From the NCBI RefSeq assembly GCF_006345805.1, contig NW_021833300.1, positions 1 to 64,000 of the forward strand: a stretch of 64,000 nt of DNA, read 5' to 3'. This DNA is from Octopus sinensis. Its lineage: Eukaryota. Position 1 is the first letter of the stretch. Every line of letters starts with the position of its first letter. The translations under genes and the position numbers were made by a program. Shown here one piece after another: positions 55,611 to 64,000 of the stretch. The notes beneath the pieces were generated by a model, which worked only from the letters and a program-made list of their open reading frames with translations, searched no databases and was not told the origin of the DNA.

Positions 55611-57071
55611 ATATATTGTTATTATTGTATTATTATTATTATTATTATTAGTAGTAGTAGTAGTATAGTAGTAGTAGTAGTAGTAGTAGTATTTTTATTG
55701 TTATTATTATTATTATTATTATTATAAAAGAATCAGAAGAATTAGAGCATAGAACACAATGCTCGTGGTATTTAATTCCGGATCTTTATTTTCCGAGTTC
55801 AATTTGCGCCGAGGTCGGCTTTGCCTTTCATCCTTCAAGGAACGATAGCATAATGTGACAAACGTCATCAGATCGTAGAGACGCGGGATTTCATAGACAG
55901 CAACATAACCGAGAGTGTCTGGATATTGAATCAGTGTGTTGACGAGGAATACTTCTAGGTTACGAAAGAGACTGGTACAAATGGATCAGAATGTGGAATG
56001 GTTCAATCCCGTCATCGGTGCTTTGGTGTAAGAAGAGCGCGAAGGTTAAAAGGCATTATGAGCATTATAACTAAGAAGAAAAGGGGATTTAAGGAGGAGT
56101 TTGGAAGGCGATGAATTAACACCTGAATTGGATCGATGAGGAATAAATATTTTGAAGTAGAATAGCAAAGAATTTTTACTGCTAAGATTGAAATAAGAAT
56201 GGTGAGTGGTTATAAGTGTAGGAATATAGGGTTGAGTAGACATGAGATGGAGAAAGATGGAGAGAGATTATGAGAAGGTTCTGTGTCAGCGAGGAAAAAC
56301 GTTTGTCTTGCATTTTAAAAGGGAGAGGTGGAAGGATGAAATTCACGAATATGTAGATGGGACAGTAAAAATGCTTTTAATTCGAGACGAACTTCAGAAA
56401 AGCTAAACTCTACCAGGGTCAAAAGAACTTGTTGGACACACCTACACGCGTACCCCAGCATTTGGTCAGAAGCTACCGTCCCTCTGGTATCCGTTTCACC
56501 TAAGAGTCTTGACCAAGGAAGAGGCAGATCAAAAGCCCCTTTCTTCCGTTCCTGATATCACTCTTCATTCCTCCACAGAACATCGATATGTCTTTGATGT
56601 GGGATCGATTGTTGCTGGTTTCGGCTATTCTTTTATCCTGATTTTGTCAGGGTTTTCTAGTTCCTATAGATGCAACAAAACCTTTAGAAAGACTCCGAAA
56701 TCATGACTCATTAGTTAGTAGTCTGATTCTCTGTCTCGTAAGTCAGCCACATTTTCCTCTCAAACCCAATCACTTTCTGTCTTAATTTTGCACTTCTAAC
56801 GCGACATAGCATCTCGTTTTCTCATTTTCCTTCCTTCTGTCTGTCTGTATCTCTCTCTCTCTCCTCCTCTTCCTCCTATGTCTTGTCTTCTCTACTCTTT
56901 TTCTCCTGCACTCAATGTCTCACTCTTCCCCCACCACTGTTCTCTCCATCTCATTCTCGCCCTCCTACTCTCTCCTTATATCACATCCTAGTCTCCTTTC
57001 TCTTCCTACAACTCTGCCATCCCTCATTCTCTGAGATTTGTCACTTGTTTGAGTTTACTTTCCATTTGCAG

Positions 57072-57242
57072 GTGGAATTTCGGTTGAAAAAAGAAGCTAG
57101 TTCTTATGCATTCGTTTTCAATGGAACAGGGACCAATTCTACATCGTGGTTCCAGAAAGATAAACTCCTTGCAAAGCCGTTTAAGTGGGATCCACACACT
57201 GTGACTTTCAATGCGAAGTATATATCATCTCCTTACTCATAA
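57072..57242 (+). CDS. Copy C exon 3 (terminal)
   Basis: tttccatttgcag|GTG; VEFRLKKEASSYAFVFNGTGTNSTSWFQKDKLLAKPFKWDPHTVTFNAKYISSPYS*; spliced CDS 331+92+171 = 594 nt = 197 aa + stop. Confidence 0.85.
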   Translation: MEFRLKKEASSYAFVFNGTGTNSTSWFQKDKLLAKPFKWDPHTVTFNAKYISSPYS

Positions 57243-58358
57243 TTAACATCTTTAATTACTTAATAATTGTTCTTTTGAACACTTTCACGGTGTATATATA
57301 AGAAGAAAGTTCACAGATATACTTTATGTCTTATTGTTGTATAATATTATAATTCCATAATAATAATCCTTTCTCCCGTAGGCAGAAAGTCTGACAGTTT
57401 GTTGGGGCGGGCGGGGGGGGGTTAGTCGATGGCATCGATACCAGTGTCAAACTAGTAATCATTCCAACGACCCCCGAAAGGGTGATAGGCACAGTCGACC
57501 TCAGCGGAATATGAACTCAGGATGTATAGACGGACAAAATACTGCTAAGCATTTTATCCGGCATGCTAAAGATTCTGCCAACTCGCTGCCTTATAATAAT
57601 GATAATGATAATGTTTTCGTTATGAACCTTAAGGTTTGACAAAAAGATCGATGAGGCTCAAATTGATTTTGTGTTGGATTACATTAAAAAAAAACATGTA
57701 AACAGAAAATAACAAAAATATAAGAAAAACAATTTATCAATTGTAATATATTAGTTTCAGTTACCCGAACTTTACCATTGCGTATGACAGCAGGAGGGTA
57801 GAAGTCAAAAGAAAAAGTGGAAATAAGGAAGAGTACGATATTTCTTACAAATACTTCAGTAGTAAGTAAAACATTGCCTCTTGATTTCAGTGTAATTGAT
57901 TGTATAACACTGTGTTGGCGTACGCGAATGCATGCATGCATGTGTGTGTGTGTGTGTGTGTGTGCATGTGTGTGTGAATGCGCGCACAGGTCTGGGTTTC
58001 AAGAAGCATTGACTCATACATATAAATCTTTTAAATAGTTTTTCTTTAAAGCCAAAACAATGCAAGTTGTAACAAAATATTAATAATACAAGTCAGTGGT
58101 TTTTACTCTTCTCTAGTATTTCAGTATTTCGGAGCAAGGAATCCTTCTTCGGGAAATTTACGGAGAAACGGTGCTGATAACTGTTTTCCCTGCTCTCTGG
58201 GGTGTGATTATGAAGAGTTGGTTTCTGTTGCTATACACTGAACCTCAAAAGAAACACGACATGTGTATGACTGTGAAATATGTTTTAATTTCTTTATGGC
58301 TGAGATGAATTTTGATAAATCTGATAAAGTCATACTCTTGGATGCATTTTGACCTCCG

Positions 58359-60066
58359 TCTATGGGTCGTTGTCATGTGTTCTGGTAGAATGCGGATCTT
58401 TGGGTCGTTGTCATGTGCTCTGGTAGTAGGCGGTTCTATGGGTCGAGGTCATGTGCTCTGGTAGTAGGCGGTTCTATGGGTCGTGGTCATGTGCTCTGGT
58501 AGAAGGCGGATCTATGGGTCGTGGTCATGTGCTCTGGTAGTAGGCGGATCTATGTGTCGTTGCCATGTGTTCTGGTAGTAGGCGGATCTATGGGTCGTGG
58601 TCATGTGCTCTGGTAGTAGGCGGATCTATGGGTCGTGGTCATGTGCTCTGGTAGTAGGCGGATCTATGGGTCGTGGTCATGTGCTCTGGTAGTAGGCGGA
58701 TCTATGTGTCGTTGCCATGTGTTCTGGTAGTAGGTGGATCTATGGGTCGTGGTCATGTGCTCTGGTAGTAGGCGGATCTATGGGTCGTGGTCATGTGCTC
58801 TGGTAGTAGGCGGATCTATGGGTCGTGGTCATGTGCTCTGGTAGTAGGCGGATCTATGGGTCGTGGTCATGTGCTCTGGTAGTAGGCGGATCTATGGGTC
58901 ATTGTCATGTGCTCTGGTAGTAGGGGATCTATGGTCGTGGTCATGTGCTCTGGTAGTAGGCGGATCTATGGGTCGTCGTCATGTGCTCTGGTAGTAGGCG
59001 GATCTATGGGTCGTGGTCATGTGCTCTGGTAGTAGGCGGATCTATGGTCGTTGTCATGTGCTCAGGTAGTAGGCGGATCTATGGGTCGTGGTCATGTGCT
59101 CTGGTAGTAGGCGTATCTATGGGTCGTGGTCATGTGCTCTGGTAGTAGGCGGATCTATGGGTCGTGGTCATGTGCTCTGGTAGTAGGCGGATCTATGGGT
59201 CGTGGCCATGTGTTCTGGTAGTAGGCGGATCTATGGGTCGTGGTCATGTGTTCTGGTAGAATGCGGATCTTTGGGTCGTTGTCATGTGCTCTGGTAGTAG
59301 GCGGATCTATGGGTCGTTGCCATGTGTTCTGGTAGAATGCGGATCTTTGGGTCGTGGTCATGTGCTCTGGTAGTAGGCGGATCTATGGGTCGTGGCCATG
59401 TGTTCTGGTAGTAGGCGGATCTATGGGTCGTGGTCATGTGTTCTGGTAGAATGCGGATCTATGGGTCGTGGTCATGTGCTCTGGTAGTAGGTGGATCTAT
59501 GGGTCGTTGCCATGTGTTCTGGTAGTAGGCGGATCTATGGGTCGTTGTCATGTGTTCTGGTAGAATGCGGATCTTTGGGTCGTTGTCATGTGCTCTGGTA
59601 GTAGGCGGATCTATGGGTCGTGGTCATGTGCTCTGGTAGTAGGCGGATCTATGGGTCGTGGTCATGTGCTCTGGTAGTAGGCGGATCTATGGGTCGTTGT
59701 CATGTGCTCTGGTAGTAGGCGGATCTATGGGTCGTGGTCATGTGCTCTGGTAGTAGGCGGATCTATGGGTCGTGGTCATGTGCTCTGGTAGTAGGCGGAT
59801 CTATGGGTCGTGGTCATGTGCTCTGGTAGTAGGCGGATCTATGGGTCGTTGTCATGTGCTCTGGTAGTAGGCGGATCTATGGGTCGTGGTCATGTGCTCT
59901 GGTAGTAGACGTATCTATGGGTCGTGGTCATGTGCTCTGGTAGTAGGCGGATCTATGGGTCGTGGCCATGTGTTCTGGTAGTGGGCGGATCTATGGGTCG
60001 TGGTCACGTGCTCTGGTAGTAGGCGGATCTATGGGTCGTGGCCATGTGTTCTGGTAGTGGGCGGAT
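58359..60066. repeat. 38-bp GC-rich minisatellite, ~45 units
   Basis: Unit gtgctctggtagtaggcggatctatgggtcgtggtcat (e.g. 58605 to 58643), with the variant gttctggtagaatgcggatctttggg interspersed. Confidence 0.92.
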
Positions 60067-60439
60067 CCAGCACATCGAGATTGTAGGTCGTGTATGTATG
60101 TATAAATGTATGTATGTATGTATGTATGTATGTGTAAATGTATGTATGTATGTATGTATGTATGTATGTATGTATGCATGTATGTATGTATGTAGGTGTG
60201 TGTGTGAGAAAGTTGGGGGTGGATTCAGTAATAGGTTGAATAGGTAGATTGCTAGAAATCGGATCTGATATATCACCAACTCGCCTCACTCCTGCCTTTC
60301 CGTTTTCGGAAAATAGGTGCACAGTTATTTGCGGAATGGTCAAATTAATTTCAATGACACAAAAACCTGAAATATTATCAATTTTATTTAGTGTTTTCAG
60401 CGGTCAACTTAGAAACAAACTTAACTTTTTATAAGGATA

Positions 60440-60553
60440 TATGTGTATGTATGTATGTATGTATGTATGTATGTATGTATGTATGTATGTATGTATATAT
60501 GTATGTATGTATGTAAGTATGTATGTATGTATGTATGTATGTATGTATGTATG

Positions 60554-60584
<31 letters not shown>

Positions 60585-60854
60585 GTTTGTATGTATGTAT
60601 GTATGTATGTATGTATGAATGTATGTATGTATGTATGTATGTCTGTATGCATGTGTGTGTATGTATATATATGTATATATATATGGTGGGGCGTGTTTGC
60701 GTGTGTGCGATGATTATCGGCAAATTTCGAGTTAATTTCATTAAATTCTAACAATTTTTTCATTATTTTTTTTCCAGATGTATATATTTACGAAGCCATA
60801 GTCATCTCAGTGATTTTGAAGTAGAATATATATTATTCCAGAAACTGCATATTC

Positions 60855-60885
<31 letters not shown>

Positions 60886-61531
60886 CATACATACATACAT
60901 ACATACATACATACATACATACATACATAAATACATACATACATACATACATATATACATAAATACATACATATATACATACATAAATACATACATACAT
61001 AGATACATACATAGATACATAAATACATACATACATACATACATACATAAATACATACATACATACATACATAAATACATACATACATAGATACATACAT
61101 AAATACATACATACATAGATACATACATACATACATACATACATACATACATACAAATACATATATAGATACATACATACATACATAAATACATACATAC
61201 ATAGATACGTACATACATACATAAATACATATATACATAGAAACGTACATACATACATACATACATACGTACGTACATACATACATACATACATACATAA
61301 ATACATACATACATACATACACAAATACATACACACATACATACATAAATACATACATGCATACACACACATACATACATAAATACATTCATACATACAT
61401 ACATACATATATACATACATATATACATACATACATACACACATGCATATATACATACATATATACATAGACACATACATACATACATACATACATACAT
61501 ACACACATACATACATACATACATACATACA

Positions 61532-61565
<34 letters not shown>

Positions 61566-61580
61566 CATACATACATACAC
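60440..61580. repeat. Long (TATG)n/(CATA)n microsatellite tracts (similar tracts at 21620-22150, 36490-36935, 37490-37760)
   Basis: Visible tetranucleotide periodicity; source of the MYVC/HTYI pseudo-ORFs. Confidence 0.9.
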
Positions 61581-61772
61581 ATGGACAGACAGAGATTGTT
61601 GTACAGTGTAAATGCTTTGAATAATAATAAAGGACATCATAGACAGGACAGCGTTCAACAGATACGCTGTTAGCTTAATGCTTTAATAGAAGAGAAAATA
61701 TCAAGATTTCAGAGGTGAGTCCTTCATCAGAAGGAAAGGAAAAGCCTATAGGAGTTAGAAAGAAGAATAAAA

Positions 61773-61806
<34 letters not shown>

Positions 61807-62374
61807 CAAGTGTTAGGAACCCGATGAAATGCAGTTGAATGAGGAGGGAGTTAATAAGGGAATAGGGATGGATGTCTGTGTGCAAGTATAGAAATGGAAC
61901 CTCATCTGAAAATGGACATGTAGGAAGGTGTGGGTGTGTGTGTTGTGTGTGTGTGTGTACGGTTGCTTGGGATATGCATGTGTCTAGAAGTGTGCAAATT
62001 CAAATGTTTAGTGGCGTAGATACGTTGGGTATGCGAGATGATGTGTGTGTGTGTGTGTGTGAGTTGTCGTTAAGAGTGTGAGAAGAAAGTGTGGATGAGG
62101 AGGTAGAAGTGTGCACGAGTGGGAGGGAAATGAAAAGGGGAGAGGAATGAGGAGGGAGTGATGGGTGTGTGGGAAAGTATACGAGTGTGAAACGGTTTCA
62201 GGCGGACGGAAGGTTTGTGCTGAAATAAGCATGAAAGAGAAAAGACACAAGTTCTGTGAGAGAAGATCGGTGAAAGAAAAAATATCTAAAAATTTTAAGA
62301 CGTTGGTAATAATTAATAAAATCCAGATGTTTCCATTGAAGACAGGAAACTCGCGATCAGTCAGCCATCTACAT

Positions 62375-62575
62375 TTTTTCCATCCGGTGGCATTCCAGAT
62401 GTTTGGTGGAGTCGGTCCACCAACTGCGAGTTTCCTGTCTTCACTGGCAACTCACTAGCAATTCGCCCAGCAGAGGCAACTGGCGAGGCTCGTGACGGCG
62501 CTTGGCTGTTCCATTGCCTCAGCCTCGCCATCACCCATGGCAACGCGGCAAGCATCCTGGCGTGCCCCAATAGCC
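62375..62575 (+). mobile_element. C-terminal restriction-like endonuclease remnant of a CRE/R2-group non-LTR element
   Basis: FHPVAFQMFGGVGPPTASFLSSLA, then (frameshifted) LFHCLSLAITHGNAASIL, matching the F.P...E..G..G and RLS...RGNA..IL RLE tail pattern. Confidence 0.55.
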
Positions 62576-63656
62576 TAAAGTGGTGAATTTTATTGTTTTT
62601 TCTCTTTTTTCTTCTCTCTTTTTTATTTTCAATTTTTTCATTTGTGTTTTCTGTTTTGTCCAATTTTCTAATTTAATCTTTTAAAACGGTAAACACTGCG
62701 AAGGCAATAAATTACGAAAAAAAGTGTAAGACACAAACAAAAGTTTTCTAAACAAACTTGGAGTATTTCGTTTTGGATTTGGTTTGCAAGATTCGTTATG
62801 TGAGTTCGTGTGTTGAAGCATATTCTGTTGTGTCTGGGGAGAGTGATTTTCTTTTTGTGCCTTGGAGTAGATATGCCAAAAACATGTAAAATAAACAGTA
62901 AATGTAGACGAAAAACAAAACAAAAAACACAAAAATCCCACAAAACTTACACTATTGAACTCACTTTTATTTTATTAATATCATCACGTGATAATTATAT
63001 ATATACATACATACATACATACATATATATTATATATATATATCTATATATAATATATATATATAATATCTATATATATATATAGTGAATGCCAAAAAAG
63101 AAGAACAAACCCCCAAAAATACAAAACGAATTAACGCGAGGACATGGTTCATGTAAAGTATTAGCAGACGCCCAGGGAAGAAAGGAAGATGATTTAACGT
63201 TTCGAGCAACGCTCTTCTTCAGAAACAGAAGAACGTCCGATAGAAAGGAAGACGGAGGAGGAAATTCGCCAACGATACACATGTGGTTACATTTTGAACA
63301 TATATATTTTTTTATTTATATTTATATTTATATTTGTATTTATATTTGTATTGAGGGCATTTCTAGACATAAATGCCACACGCGAGGAAGGAGCCTTAAA
63401 GTAAAAATTACCAAAATAAGTGTGTTTATTTATTTCGGTAGTTTTGACATTAAGAGTCCCACCTAGCGTGTGGCATTTATGTATAGTAAAGCCCTAAAAA
63501 AAATGAATTTATTTAAGAGAAAATTTGATGGATGTTTTCCTTTATGAGGTTCTTCACGCTAACTACTTGATAAATTCTTATAAAGATTTTATCTTATTTT
63601 TAAATTGTATATATATAGGTTCTGCTATCTAATAATCATTATAATCATTATGTATA

Positions 63657-63687
<31 letters not shown>

Positions 63688-63795
63688 GTATGAAATACTA
63701 ATTACTGAATCTTAGTTTTTTATACGCTACACCACTGGTGTTAAAACTGATGTTATCAAATTAACATCCAATATTTCCCCCTCATTTTGATTTTA

Positions 63796-63833
<38 letters not shown>

Positions 63834-64000
63834 TCGCATCTTTTTTCCCTTCTTATGCTCAATATATTTTCTGAAACATTCTGTTGCACACAAAGACAAG
63901 TTAATGTATTTGCTTTCCCAATGTAATATTCAAAGAGTGATTATTCTATGTTGTTTCTTTGCTTTTGTAATTTTTCCTCTGTGACTCATTTATTTTATTG

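Larger units (their letters stand above)
38035..60870. repeat. Right arm of inverted segmental duplication (with arm-specific insertions)
   Basis: Reverse-complement collinearity with 11710-24710, interrupted at ~40520-48800, ~50050-50960 and ~58325-60245. Confidence 0.9.

Noticed and set aside
58359-60066. 38-bp array as a CRISPR
   Set aside because: Contiguous tandem units with no unique spacers, no cas genes, eukaryotic context.
61695-61740. CTGATGA-aggactcacctct-GAAA hammerhead-like core on the minus strand
   Set aside because: Both flanks are pyrimidine-rich, so stem I cannot form.

Overview
AT-rich, microsatellite-saturated eukaryotic DNA. The SINE/LINE/Penelope repeat content looks like a coleoid cephalopod, probably Octopus; this is pattern recognition, not a database match. 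The window is organised by a large inverted segmental duplication (left arm ~11.7-24.7 kb, right arm ~38.0-60.9 kb). Each arm carries a complete three-coding-exon gene for a 197-aa secreted protein (signal peptide + PAN/Apple-like Cys domain + an unnamed W-rich C-terminal domain): copy B on - (18882->13312) and copy C on + (51148->57242), head-to-head. The last exon of an older third paralog (A) sits at 527-697. B and C differ at 24 residues but at only 4 synonymous codons, with changes clustered in patches of exon 3. The rest is transposon-derived: CR1/L2-group, RTE, R4/Dong and CRE-like LINE fragments, Helitron and MITE copies, and SINEs. There is also a Ty3/Gypsy RNase H segment amplified into a ~147-bp tandem array, a 38-bp minisatellite, and Penelope-like elements. 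One Penelope-like element has ~584-bp inverted terminal repeats, each carrying a type I hammerhead ribozyme motif. No rRNA, tRNA gene or CRISPR array was found; most ORFs in the track are microsatellite artefacts.
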